This document shows, piece after piece, positions 1-14,105 of a stretch of 64,000 nucleotides of DNA. Below the pieces are notes generated by a model. The model was not told the origin of the DNA and did no database searches. It saw nothing but the letters and a program-made list of their open reading frames with translations. Numbering within the stretch: position 1 is the stretch's first letter; every line of letters begins with the position of its first letter. The position numbers and the translations under genes are program-made. This DNA comes from Heptranchias perlo (taxonomy: Eukaryota), in NCBI RefSeq assembly GCF_035084215.1, contig NC_090370.1, positions 26,846,001 through 26,910,000 on the forward strand, written 5' to 3'.

Positions 1-3000
1 TCGGTGAGAGATATCTCGAATGGACCATCGGTCTCACTGGTATACGGTGAGAGATATCTCGAATGGACCATCGGTCTCACTGGTATTCGGTGAGAGATAT
101 CTCGAATGGACCATCGGTCTCACTGGTATTCGGTGAGAGATATCTCGAATGGACCATCGGTCTCACTGGTACTCGGTGAGAGATATCTCGAATGGACCAT
201 CGGTCTCACTGGTATTCGGTGAGAGATATCTCGAATGGACCATCGGTCTCACTGTATTCGGTGAGAGATATCTCGAATGGACCATCGGTCTCACTTGTAC
301 TCGGAGAGAGATATCTCGAATGGACCGTCGGTCTCACTGGTATTCCGAGAGAGATATCTCGAATGGACCATCGGTCTCAATGGTACTCGGAGAGAGATAT
401 CTCGAATGGACCATCGGTCTCACTGGTATTCGGTGAGAGATATCTCGAATGGACCATCGGTCTCACATGTACTCGGTGAGAGACATCTCGAATCGAACAT
501 CGGTCTCACTGGTATTCGGAGAGAGATATCTCGAATGGACCATCGGTTTCTCTGGTACTCGGAGAGAGATATCTCGAATGGACCATCGGTCTCACTGGTA
601 CTCGGAGAGAGATATCTCGAATGGTCCATCGGTCTCACTGGTACTCGGTGAGAGATATCTCGAATGGACCATCGGTCTCACTGGTATTCGGTGAGAGATA
701 TCTCGAATGGACCATCGGTCTCACTGGTATACGGTGAGAGATATCTCGAATGGACCATCGGTCTCACTGGTATTCGGTGAGAGATATCTCGAATGGACCA
801 TCGGTCTCACTGGTATTCGGTGAGAGATATCTCGAATGGACCATCGGTCTCACTGGTACTCGGTGAGAGATATCTCGAATGGACCATCGGTCTCACTGGT
901 ATTCGGTGAGAGATATCTCGAATGGACCATCGGTCTCACTGTATTCGGTGAGAGATATCTCGAATGGACCATCGGTCTCACTTGTACTCGGAGAGAGATA
1001 TCTCGAATGGACCGTCGGTCTCACTGGTATTCCGAGAGAGATATCTCGAATGGACCATCGGTCTCAATGGTACTCGGAGAGAGATATCTCGAATGGACCA
1101 TCGGTCTCACTGGTATTCGGTTAGAGATATCTCGAATGGACCATCGGTCTCACATGTACTCGGTGAGAGACATCTCGAATCGAACATCGGTCTCACTGGT
1201 ATTCGGAGAGAGATATCTCGAATGGACCATCGGTTTCTCTGGTACTCGGAGAGAGATATCTCGAATGGACCATCGGTCTCACTGGTACTCGGAGAGAGAT
1301 ATCTCGAATGGTCCATCGGTCTCACTGGTACTCGGTGAGAGATATCTCGAATGGACCATCGGTCTCACTGGTATTCGATGAGAGATATCTCGAATGGACC
1401 ATCGGTCTCACTGGTCCTCGGTGAGAGATATCTCGAATGGATCATCGGTCTCACTGGTACTCGGTGAGAGATATCTCGAATGGACCATCGGTCTCACTGG
1501 TACTCGGTGAGAGATATCTCGAATGGACCATCGGTCTCACTAGTACTCGGTGAGAGATATCTCGAATGGACCATCGGTCTCACTGGTATTCGATGAGAGA
1601 TATCTGGAATGGACCATCGGTCTCACTGGTACTCGTTGAGAGATATCTCGAATGGACCATCGGTCTCACTGGTACTCGTTGAGAGATATCTCGAATGGAC
1701 CATCGGTCTCACTGGCACTCGGTGAGAGATATCTCGAATGGACCATCGGTCTCTCTGGTACTCGGTGAGAGATATCTCAAATGGACCATCGGTCTCACTG
1801 GTACTCGGTGAGAGATATCTCGAATGGACCATCGGTCTCACTGGTATTCGGAGAGAAATATCTCGAATGCACCATCGGTCTCACTGGTAATCGGAGAGAG
1901 GTATCTCGCATGGATCATCGGTCTCAGTGGTACTCGGAGAGAGATATCTCGAATGGACCATCGGTCTCACTGGTACTCGGTGAGAGATATCTCGAATGGA
2001 CCATCGGTCTGACTGGTACTCGGTGAGAGATATCTCGAATGGACCATCGGTCTCACTGGCACTCGGTGAGAGATATCTCGAATGGACCATCGGTCTCACT
2101 GGTACTCGGTGAGAGATATCTCGAATGGACCATCGGTCTCATTGGTATTCGGTGAGAGATATCTCGAATGGACCATCGGTCTCACTGGTATTCGGTGAGA
2201 GATATCTCGAATGGACCATCGGTCTCACTGGTATTCGGTGAGAGATATCTCGAATGGACCATCGGTCTCACTGGTACTCGGTGAGAGATATCTCGAATGG
2301 ACCTTCGGTCTCACATGTACTCGGTGAGAGACATCTCGAATCGAACATCGGTCTCACTGGTAATCGGTGAGAGATATCTCGAATGGACCATCGGTGTCAC
2401 TGGTACTCGGTGAGATATCTCGAATGGACCATCGGTCTCACTGGTATTCGGGGAGAGATATCTCGAATGGACCATCGGTCTCACATGTACTCGGTGAGAG
2501 ACATCTCGAATGGACCATCGGTCTCACTGGTACTCGGTGAGATATCTCGAACGGACCATCGGTCTCTCTGGTACTCGGTGAGAGATATCTCAAATGGACC
2601 ATCGGTCTCACTGGTACTCGGTGAGAGATATCTCGAATGGACCATCGGTCTCACTGGTATTCGGAGAGAAATATCTCGAATGGACCATCGGTCTCACTGG
2701 TAATCGGAGAGAGGTATCTCGCATGGATCATCGGTCTCAGTGGTACTCGGAGAGAGATATCTCGAATGGACCATCGGTCTCACTGGTACTCGGTGAGAGA
2801 TATCTCGAATGGACCATCGGTCTGACTGGTACTCGGTGAGAGATATCTCGAATGGACCATCGGTCTCACTGGCACTCGGTGAGAGATATCTCGAATGGAC
2901 CATCGGTCTCACTGGTACTCGGTGAGAGATATCTCGAATGGACCATCGGTCTCATTGGTATTCGGTGAGAGATATCTCGAATGGACCATCGGTCTCACTG

Positions 3001-6000
3001 GTATTCGGTGAGAGATATCTCGAATGGACCATCGGTCTCACTGGTATTCGGTGAGAGATATCTCGAATGGACCATCGGTCTCACTGGTACTCGGTGAGAG
3101 ATATCTCGAATGGACCTTCGGTCTCACATGTACTCGGTGAGAGACATCTCGAATCGAACATCGGTCTCACTGGTAATCGGTGAGAGATATCTCGAATGGA
3201 CCATCGGTCTCACATGTACTCGGTGAGAGACATCTCGAATGGACCATCGGTCTCACTGGTACTCGGTGAGATATCTCGAACGGACCATCGGTCTCTCTGG
3301 TACTCGGTGAGATATCTCGAATGGACCATCGGTCTCACTGGTATTCGGTGAGAGATATCTCGAATGGACCATCGGTCTCACTGGTATTCGGTGAGAGATA
3401 ACTCGAACGGACCATCGGTCTCACTGGTATTCGGTGAGAGATATCTCGAATGGACCATCGGTCTCACTGGTACTCGGAGAGAGATATCTCGAATGGACCA
3501 TCAGTCTCACAGGGATTCGGTGAGAGATATCTCGAATGGACCATCGGTCTCACTGGTATTCGGTGAGAGATATCTCGAACGGACCATCGGTCTCTCTAGT
3601 ATTCGGTGAGAGATATCTCGAATGGACCATCGGTCTCACTGGTACTCGGAGAGAGATATCTCGAATGGACCATCAGTCTCACAGGGATTCGGTGAGAGAT
3701 ATCTCGAATGGACCATCGGTCTCACTGGTATTCGGTGAGAGATATCTCGAACGGACCATCGGTCTCTCTAGTATTCGGTGAGAGATATCTCGAATGGACC
3801 ATCGGTCTCACTGGTATTCGGTGAGAGATATCTCGAATGGACAATCGGTCTCTCTGGTACTCGGAGAGAGATATCTCGAATGGACCATCGGTCTCACTGG
3901 TACTCGGAGAGAGATATCTCGAATGGACCATCGGTCTCATCAGTATTCGGAGAGAGATATCTCGAACGGTCCATCGGTCTCACGGGTATTCGGTGAGAGA
4001 TATCTCGAATGGACCATCGGTCTCTCTCGTATTCGGTGAGAGATATCTCGAATGGACCATCGGTCTCTCTAGTATTCGGTGAGAGATATCTCGAATGGAC
4101 CATCGGTCTCACTGGTACTCGGTGAGAGATATCTCGAATGGACCATCGGTCTCACTGGTATTCGGAGAGAAATATCTCGAATGGACCATCGGTCTCACTG
4201 GTAATCGGAGAGAGGTATCTCGAATGGACCGTCGGTCTCACTGGTATTCGGTGAGAGATATCTCGAGTGGACCATCGGTCTCACTGGTACTCGGTGAGAG
4301 ATATCTCGAGTGGACCATCTTTCTCACTGGTACTCGGTGAGAGATATCTCGAATGGACCATCGGTCTCACTGGTACTCGGTGAGAGATATCTCGAATGGA
4401 CCATCGGTCTCTCTAGTATTCGGTGAGAGATATCTCAAATGGACCTTCGGTCTCACTGGTATTCGGTGAGAGATATCTCGAATGGACCATCGGTCTCACT
4501 GGTATACGGTGAGAGATATCTCGAATGGACCATCGGTCTCACTGGTATTCGGTGAGAGATAACTCGAATGGACCATCGGTCTCACTGGTACTCGGTGAGA
4601 GATATCTCGAATGGACCATCGGTCTCACTGGTATTCGGTGAGAGATATCTCGAATGGACCATCGGTCTCACTGGTATTCGGTGAGAGATATCTCGAATGG
4701 ACCATCGGTCTCACTGGTATACGGTGAGAGATATCTCGAATGGACCATCGGTCTCACTGGTATTCGGTGAGAGATATCTCGAATGGACCATCGGTCTCAC
4801 TGGTATTCGGTGAGAGATATCTCGAATGGACCATCGGTCTCACTGGTACTCGGTGAGAGATATCTCGAATGGACCATCGGTCTCACTGGTATTCGGAGAG
4901 AAATATCTCGAATGGACCATCGGTCTCACTGGTAATCGGAGAGAGGTATCTCGCATGGATCATCGGTCTCAGTGGTACTCGGAGAGAGATATCTCGAATG
5001 GACCATCGGTCTCACTGGTACTCGGTGAGAGATATCTCGAATGGACCATCGGTCTGACTGGTACTCGGTGAGAGATATCTCGAATGGACCATCGGTCTCA
5101 CTGGCACTCGGTGAGAGATATCTCGAATGGACCATCGGTCTCACTGGTACTCGGTGAGAGATATCTCGAATGGACCATCGGTCTCATTGGTATTCGGTGA
5201 GAGATATCTCGAATGGACCATCGGTCTCACTGGTATTCGGTGAGAGATATCTCGAATGGACCATCGGTCTCACTGGTATTCGGTGAGAGATATCTCGAAT
5301 GGACCATCGGTCTCACTGGTACTCGGTGAGAGATATCTCGAATGGACCTTCGGTCTCACATGTACTCGGTGAGAGACATCTCGAATCGAACATCGGTCTC
5401 ACTGGTAATCGGTGAGAGATATCTCGAATGGACCATCGGTCTCACTGGTACTCGGTGAGATATCTCGAATGGACCATCGGTCTCACTGGTATTCGGGGAG
5501 AGATATCTCGAATGGACCATCGGTCTCACATGTACTCGGTGAGAGACATCTCGAATGGACCATCGGTCTCACTGGTACTCGGTGAGATATCTCGAACGGA
5601 CCATCGGTCTCTCTGGTACTCGGTGAGATATCTCGAATGGACCATCGGTCTCACTGGTATTCGGTGAGAGATATCTCGAATGGACCATCGGTCTCACTGG
5701 TATTCGGTGAGAGATAACTCGAACGGACCATCGGTCTCACTGGTATTCGGTGAGAGATATCTCGAATGGACCATCGGTCTCACTGGTATTCGGTGAGAGA
5801 TAACTCGAATGGACCATCGGTCTCACTGGTACTCGGTGAGAGATATCTCGAATGGACCATCGGTCTCACTGGTATTCGGTGAGAGATATCTCGAATGGAC
5901 CATCGGTCTCACTGGTATTCGGTGAGAGATATCTCGAATGGACCATCGGTCTCACTGGTATACGGTGAGAGATATCTCGAATGGACCATCGGTCTCACTG

Positions 6001-9000
6001 GTATTCGGTGAGAGATATCTCGAATGGACCATCGGTCTCACTGGTATTCGGTGAGAGATATCTCGAATGGACCATCGGTCTCACTGGTACTCGGTGAGAG
6101 ATATCTCGAATGGACCATCGGTCTCACTGGTATTCGGAGAGAAATATCTCGAATGGACCATCGGTCTCACTGGTAATCGGAGAGAGGTATCTCGCATGGA
6201 TCATCGGTCTCAGTGGTACTCGGAGAGAGATATCTCGAATGGACCATCGGTCTCACTGGTACTCGGTGAGAGATATCTCGAATGGACCATCGGTCTGACT
6301 GGTACTCGGTGAGAGATATCTCGAATGGACCATCGGTCTCACTGGCACTCGGTGAGAGATATCTCGAATGGACCATCGGTCTCACTGGTACTCGGTGAGA
6401 GATATCTCGAATGGACCATCGGTCTCATTGGTATTCGGTGAGAGATATCTCGAATGGACCATCGGTCTCACTGGTATTCGGTGAGAGATATCTCGAATGG
6501 ACCATCGGTCTCACTGGTATTCGGTGAGAGATATCTCGAATGGACCATCGGTCTCACTGGTACTCGGTGAGAGATATCTCGAATGGACCTTCGGTCTCAC
6601 ATGTACTCGGTGAGAGACATCTCGAATCGAACATCGGTCTCACTGGTATTCGGTGAGAGATATCTCGAATGGACCATCGGTCTCACTGGTATTCGGTGAG
6701 AGATAACTCGAACGGACCATCGGTCTCACTGGTATTCGGTGAGAGATATCTCGAATGGACCATCGGTCTCACTGGTACTCGGAGAGAGATATCTCGAATG
6801 GACCATCAGTCTCACAGGGATTCGGTGAGAGATATCTCGAATGGACCATCGGTCTCACTGGTATTCGGTGAGAGATATCTCGAACGGACCATCGGTCTCT
6901 CTAGTATTCGGTGAGAGATATCTCGAATGGACCATCGGTCTCACTGGTACTCGGAGAGAGATATCTCGAATGGACCATCAGTCTCACAGGGATTCGGTGA
7001 GAGATATCTCGAATGGACCATCGGTCTCACTGGTATTCGGTGAGAGATATCTCGAACGGACCATCGGTCTCTCTAGTATTCGGTGAGAGATATCTCGAAT
7101 GGACCATCGGTCTCACTGGTATTCGGTGAGAGATATCTCGAATGGACCATCGGTCTCTCTGGTACTCGGAGAGAGATATCTCGAATGGACCATCGGTCTC
7201 ACTGGTACTCGGAGAGAGATATCTCGAATGGACCATCGGTCTCATCAGTATTCGGAGAGAGATATCTCGAACGGTCCATCGGTCTCACGGGTATTCGGTG
7301 AGAGATATCTCGAATGGACCATCGGTCTCTCTCGTATTCGGTGAGAGATATCTCGAATGGACCATCGGTCTCTCTAGTATTCGGTGAGAGATATCTCGAA
7401 TGGACCATCGGTCTCACTGGTACTCGGTGAGAGATATCTCGAATGGACCATCGGTCTCACTGGTATTCGGAGAGAAATATCTCGAATGGACCATCGGTCT
7501 CACTGGTAATCGGAGAGAGGTATCTCGAATGGACCGTCGGTCTCACTGGTATTCGGTGAGAGATATCTCGAGTGGACCATCGGTCTCACTGGTACTCGGT
7601 GAGAGATATCTCGAGTGGACCATCTTTCTCACTGGTACTCGGTGAGAGATATCTCGAATGGACCATCGGTCTCACTGGTACTCGGTGAGAGATATCTCGA
7701 ATGGACCATCGGTCTCTCTAGTATTCGGTGAGAGATATCTCAAATGGACCATCGGTCTCACTGGTATTCGGTGAGAGATATCTCGAATGGACCATCGGTC
7801 TCACTGGTACTCGGTGAGAGATATCTCGAATGGACCATCAGTCTCACTGGTACTCGGTGAGAGATATCTCGAATGGACCATCGGTCTCACTGGTATTCGA
7901 TGAGAGATATCTGGAATGGACCATCGGTCTCACTGGTACTCGTTGAGAGATATCTCGAATGGACCATCGGTCTCACTGGTACTCGGTGAGAGATATCTCG
8001 AATGGACCATCGGTCTCACTGGTACTCGGAGAGAGATATCTCGAATGGACCATCGGTCTCACTGGTACTCGGAGAGAGATATCTCGAATGGACCGTCGGT
8101 CTCACTGGTATTCGGTGAGAGATATCTCGAATGGACCATCGGTCTCACTGTATTCGGTGAGAGATATCTAGAATGGACCGTCGGTCTCACTGGTATTCGG
8201 TGAGAGATATCTCGAATCGACCATCTGTCTCACATGTACTCGGAGAGAGATATCTCGAATGGACCATCGGTCTCACTGGTACTCGTTGAGAGATATCTCG
8301 AATGGACCATCGGTCTCACTGGTACTCGGTGAGAGATATCTCGAATGGACCATCGGTCTCACTGGTATTCGGTGAGAGATATCTCGAATGGACCTTCGGT
8401 CTCACTGGTATTCGGTGAGAGATATCTCGAATGGACCATCGGTCTCACTGGTATACGGTGAGAGATATCTCGAATGGACCATCGGTCTCACTGGTATTCG
8501 GTGAGAGATAACTCGAATGGACCATCGGTCTCACTGGTACTCGGTGAGAGATATCTCGAATGGACCATCGGTCTCACTGGTATTCGGTGAGAGATATCTC
8601 GAATGGACCATCGGTCTCACTGGTATTCGGTGAGAGATATCTCGAATGGACCATCGGTCTCACTGGTATACGGTGAGAGATATCTCGAATGGACCATCGG
8701 TCTCACTGGTATTCGGTGAGAGATATCTCGAATGGACCATCGGTCTCACTGGTATTCGGTGAGAGATATCTCGAATGGACCATCGGTCTCACTGGTACTC
8801 GGTGAGAGATATCTCGAATGGACCATCGGTCTCACTGGTATTCGGTGAGAGATATCTCGAATGGACCATCGGTCTCACTGTATTCGGTGATAGATATCTC
8901 GAATGGACGATCGGTCTCACTTTTACTCGGAGAGAGATATCTCCAATGGACCGTCGGTCTCACTGGTATTCCGAGAGAGATATCTCGAATGGACCATCGG

Positions 9001-12000
9001 TCTCAATGGTACTCGGAGAGAGATATCTCGAATGGACCATCGGTCTCACTGGTATTCGGTTAGAGATATCTCGAATGGACCATCGGTCTCACATGTACTC
9101 GGTGAGAGACATCTCGAATCGAACATCGGTCTCACTGGTATTCGGAGAGAGATATCTCGAATGGACCATCGGTTTCTCTGGTACTCGGAGAGAGATATCT
9201 CGAATGGACCATCGGTCTCACTGGTACTCGGAGAGAGATATCTCGAATGGACCATCGGTCTCACTGGTACTCGGTGAGAGATATCTCGAATGGACCATCG
9301 GTCTCACTGGTATTCGATGAGAGATATCTCGAATGGACCATCGGTCTCACTGGTCCTCGGTGAGAGATATCTCGAATGGATCATCAGTCTCACTGGTACT
9401 CGGTGAGAGATATCTCGAATGGACCATCGGTCTCACTGGTACTCGGTGAGAGATATCTCGAATGGACCATCGGTCTCACTAGTACTCGGTGAGAGATATC
9501 TCGAATGGACCATCGGTCTCACTGGTATTCGGTGAGAGATATCTCGAATGGACCATCGGTCTCACTGGTATTCGGTGAGAGATATCTCGAATGGACCATC
9601 GGTCTCACTGGTACTCGGAGAGAGATATCTCGAATGGACCATCGGTCTCACTGGTACTCGGAGAGAGATATCTCGAATGGACCGTCGGTCTCACTGGTAT
9701 TCGGTGAGAGATATCTCGAATGGACCATCGGTCTCACTGTATTCGGTGAGAGATATCTCGAATGGGCCGTCGGTCTCACTGGTATTCGGTGAGAGATATC
9801 TCGAATCGACCATCGGTCTCACATGTACTCGGAGAGAGATATCTCGAAAGGACCATCGGTCTCACTGGTACTCGGTGAGAGATATCTCGAATGGACCATC
9901 GGTCTCACTGGTACTCGGTGAGAGATGTCTCGAATGGACCATCGGTCTCACTGGTATTCGGTGAGAGATATCTCGAATGGACCATCGGTCTCACTGGTAT
10001 TCGGTGAGAGATATCTCGAATGGACCATCGGTCTCACTGGTATACGGTGAGAGATATCTCGAATGGACCATCGGTCTCACTTGTATTCGGTGAGAGATAA
10101 CTCGAATGGACCATCGGTCTCACTGGTATTCGGAGAGAGATATCTCGAATGGACCATCGGTCTCACTGGTACTCGGAGAGAGATATCTCGAATGGACCAT
10201 CGGTCTCACTGGTATTCGGTGAGTGATATCTCAAATGGACCATCGGTCTCACATGTACTCGGTGAGAGACATCTCGAATCGAACATCGGTCTCACTGGTA
10301 TTCGGAGAGATATATCTCGAATGGACCATCTGTCTCACTGGTACTCGGAGTGAGATATCTCGAATGGACCATCGGTCTCACTGGTACTCGGTGAGAGATA
10401 TCTCGAATGGACCATCGGTCTCACTGGTATTCGATGAGAGATATCTCGAATGGACCATCGGTCTCACTGGTATTCGGTGAGAGATATCTCGAATGGACCA
10501 TCGGTCTCACTGGTATTCGGTGAGAGATATCTCGAATGGACCATCGGTCTCACTGGTATTCGGTGAGAGATATCTCGAATGGACCATCGGTCTCACTGGT
10601 ATTCGGTGAGAGATATCTCGAATGGACCATCGGTCTCACTGGTACTCGGTGAGATATATCTCGAATGGACCATCGGTCTCACATGTACTCGGTGAGAGAC
10701 ATCTCGAATCGAACATCGGTCTCACTGGTATTCGATGAGAGATATCTCGAATGGACCATCGGTCTCACTGGTACTCGGTGAGAGATATCTCGAATGGACC
10801 ATCGGTCTCACTGGTACTCGGAGAGAGATATCTCGAATGGACCATCGGTCTCACTGGTATTCGGGGAGAGATATCTCGAATGGACCATCGGTCTCACATG
10901 TACTCGGTGAGAGACATCTCGAATGGACCATCGGTCTCACTGGTACTCGGTGAGATATCTCGAACGTACCATCGGTCTCACATGAACTCGGTGAGAGATA
11001 TCTCGAATGGACCATCGGTCTCACTGGTACTCGGTGAGATATCTCGAACGGACCATCGGTCTCTCTGGTATTCGGTGAGAGATATCTCGAATGGACCATC
11101 GGTCTCGCTGGTATTCGGTGAGAGATATCTCGAATGGACCATCGGTCTCATTTGTATTCGGTGAGAGATATCTCGAATGGACCAGCGATCTCACTGGTAT
11201 TCGGTGAGAGATATCTCGAATGGACCATCGGTCTCACTGGTACTCGGAGAGAGATATCTGGAATGGACCATCGGTCTCACTAGTACTCGGAGAGAGATAT
11301 CTCGAATGGACCATCGGTCTCACTGGTACTCGGAGAGAGATATCTCGAATGGACCATCGGTCTCACTGGTATTCTGTGAGAGATATCTCGAATGGACCAT
11401 CGGTCTCACTGGTATTCGGTGAGAGATATCTCGAATGGACCATCAGTCTCACAGGGATTCGGTGAGAGATATCTCAAACGGACCATCGGTCTCACTGGTA
11501 TTCGGTGAGAGATATCTCGAATGGACCATCGGTCTCACTGGTACTCGGTGAGAGATATCTCGAATGGACCATCGGTCTCACTGGTACTCGGTGAGAGAGA
11601 TATCTCGAATGGACCATCAGTCTCACAGGGATTCGGTGAGAGATATCTCGAACGGACCATCGGTCTCTCTAGTATTCGGTGAGAGATATCTCGAATGGAC
11701 CATCGGTCTCACTGGTATTCGGTGAGAGATATCTCGAATGGACCATCGGTCTCATCAGTATTCGGAGAGAGATATCTCGAACGGTCCATCGGTCTCTCTA
11801 GTATTCGATGAGAGATATCTCGAATGGACCATCGGTCTCACTGGTACTCGGTGAGAGATATCTCGAATGAACCAGCGGTCTCACTGGTACTCGGTGAGAG
11901 ATATCTCGAATGAACCAGCGGTCTCACTGGTACTCGGTGAGAGATATCTCGAATGAACCAGCGGTCTCACTGGTATTTGGTGAGAGATATCTCGAATGGA

Positions 12001-12120
12001 CCATCGGTCTCACTGGTATTCGGTGTGAGATACATCGAACGTTCCATCGGTCTCACTGGTATTCAGTGTGTGATATCTCGAACGGTCCATCGGTCTCACA
12101 GGTATTCAGTGAGAGATGTC
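1..12120. repeat. 43-bp tandem satellite (consensus TCGGTGAGAGATATCTCGAATGGACCATCGGTCTCACTGGTA[T/C]), ~280 units, extends beyond window start
   Basis: Direct 43-nt periodicity; variant units recur in blocks (offsets 687 and 3305 nt); last units (11850-12120) degenerate. Confidence 0.99.
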
Positions 12121-12490
12121 TCTCATGTTTTGGAATCCTCTCCCCTTCACCCCGATTCATGGTATAAATTCGCCTTTGCTCTTGAACGACAGCAGTATAC
12201 TTGGACCGTTTTACCTCAAGGTTCTCACAACAACCCCGCTATTTTCCCTGCTCACATGGATGGAAATTTGACAGGGCTGTGAATCCCCCGGCTGTCATCC
12301 AATATGTGGATGAAACACGAATACATACATTTTCGAGGCACGGAAAGAGCACGTGCGAATGGTGAGTGAGGTTTTGAATCGATTGGAGTCCTCTGGAGTC
12401 CCTTTACTAAGACCACCAACTCGGTGAAAGAGACCCTTTAGTCCCCCCGAAACCTGCTGGTCTTCCACTGATGGAGCTGTCCACGACCGA
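12103..12490 (+). mobile_element. Decayed retroviral/LTR-element reverse transcriptase fragment, possibly followed by an RNase H start
   Basis: Translation YSVRDVSH..PLHPDSWYKFAFALERQQYTWTVLPQGSHNNPAIF (motifs A-B, LPQG at 12211), then after frameshifts AVIQYVDE (YxDD-like, 12303-12314), KEHVRMVSEVLNRLESSG, and weak xTDGA near 12468. Confidence 0.85.
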
Positions 12491-12769
12491 GAAATTGTGT
12501 GATGTGTAATTTCCACTGTACATCGTCCTATGATGTCCCCAGTAAACCTTGAGTTAACCAAGGGATCCCAAACTGGGGAATCTGAGGTTTCTATGAAAGA
12601 ATTAAGTGATAACAATGAAATAAAAACTGACCTCAATAAGAGAAAGACACAGATGAATTATACTAAAGTGAGCAATAAACGGAAACTAAAAGATTACAAA
12701 TTAAACTCATCTACTAATCAATGTTTAATATCAAAGGGGAGTCCGTTCGCTCTTGAACTAGATAAATAA

Positions 12770-14105
12770 TGAACAGGAAATAAAGAATGAAATCTCCAGG
12801 ACCTGATGGTTTCCACCCCAGGGTATTAACGGAAACAGGTGGGGGAACTACATATGTATTAGTCATAATTTCCCAAAGCTCTCTAGACTCAGGAATTGTG
12901 CCGTTGGATGTGAAAATTGCAAATGTCACTCCGTTATGTAAGAAAGGAGAGAGGGAGAAACCAGGAAAAAACAGACCTGTCAGTTTAACGTCAGTTGTGG
13001 GGAAGTTACTGAAATCTATCATCAGAGACAAAATGATTGAACACTTGAACATGTCTGAGCTGAACACAGAGTGTCAACATGGATTTGTGAAGGGCAGTTC
13101 ATGTCTGACTGATCGAGTTGATGTTTTTGAAGTCACTAACAAGGTGGACAAGGAGTGTCTATGAATGTTGTCTATATGGATTTCCAGAAGGCATTTGATA
13201 AGGTTCAGCACAAGGAATTAAAAGAATAAATAAAAGTGCACATAATTGAAAGTGACCTTGTGACTTGGTTGGAATTGGTTGGGAGGTCGGAGAAGAGAGT
13301 AGGGACAAAGGGAACGTTCTTTGATGTGACAAGTGGTGTCCCCAGAGATCTGTAATGGGGCCTAAGCTTTTCACCATATTTACCAATAACTTGGATGAAG
13401 GAATGGAGAGTTGTCGATCCAAGTTTCCTGATGACATTAAGTTAGGAGGCACTGTAAGTTGTGTAGATGGGAACAGAAGGTTACAAAGGGACAGTTTAAG
13501 TGAATGGACAAACTGGCAGATGGAGTTCAATGTGGGGAAGGGTGAGATCATTTACTTTGGATGCAAAAAGGAATTATTGGAGTAATTTCTTCAATTGAGA
13601 GACTGGGAACGGTGGAGGAGCAAAGGGATTTGGGGTGTCCATGTACACAAATCACGAAAAGCTAGTGTACAGATTCAAAAAGTAATCACAGACTAATGGA
13701 ATGTTGGCCTTTATCTCCAGGGCTGGAATACAAAGGGGAGGAAGTGATGCATCAGTTCTATAGAGCTTGGTCAGAGCCCATCTTGAGTACTGATCATCAC
13801 CAAGAATATATTGGCCTTGGAGGGGAGACAGTGCAGATTCACCAGAATGATTCTGGGGTTTGAAGGGTTCAATTTTGAGGACCGATTGCATAAACTTGGT
13901 TTGCATTCTCTTGAGTTTAGAAGGTTGAGGGGTGATCTGATCCAGATATTTAAAATGATCAAGGGATTTGATAGGGTAGAAATAGAAACTATTTTCTCTG
14001 GTGGGGGAATCCAGAACAAGAGGACGTAACCTTAAATTTAGAGCTGGGGCGTCTCGGAGTGAAATCAGGAAGCTCTTTTTCACACAAGGATAGTGGAAAT
14101 CTGCT
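12770..14105 (+). mobile_element. CR1-clade LINE ORF2 (RT) fragment, degenerate
   Basis: KSPGPDGFHPRVL, ANVTPLCKKG, RPVSLTSVVGKLL, QHGFVKG, YMDFQKAFDKV, SLEFRRLRGDLIQ; stops and frameshifts. Confidence 0.92.

Noticed and set aside
149-11465. Dozens of MDHRSHWYS.. ORFs
   Set aside because: By-products of a 43-nt (non-triplet) tandem repeat cycling through frames
1-12120. CRISPR array
   Set aside because: Head-to-tail units with no unique spacers, no cas genes, eukaryotic context
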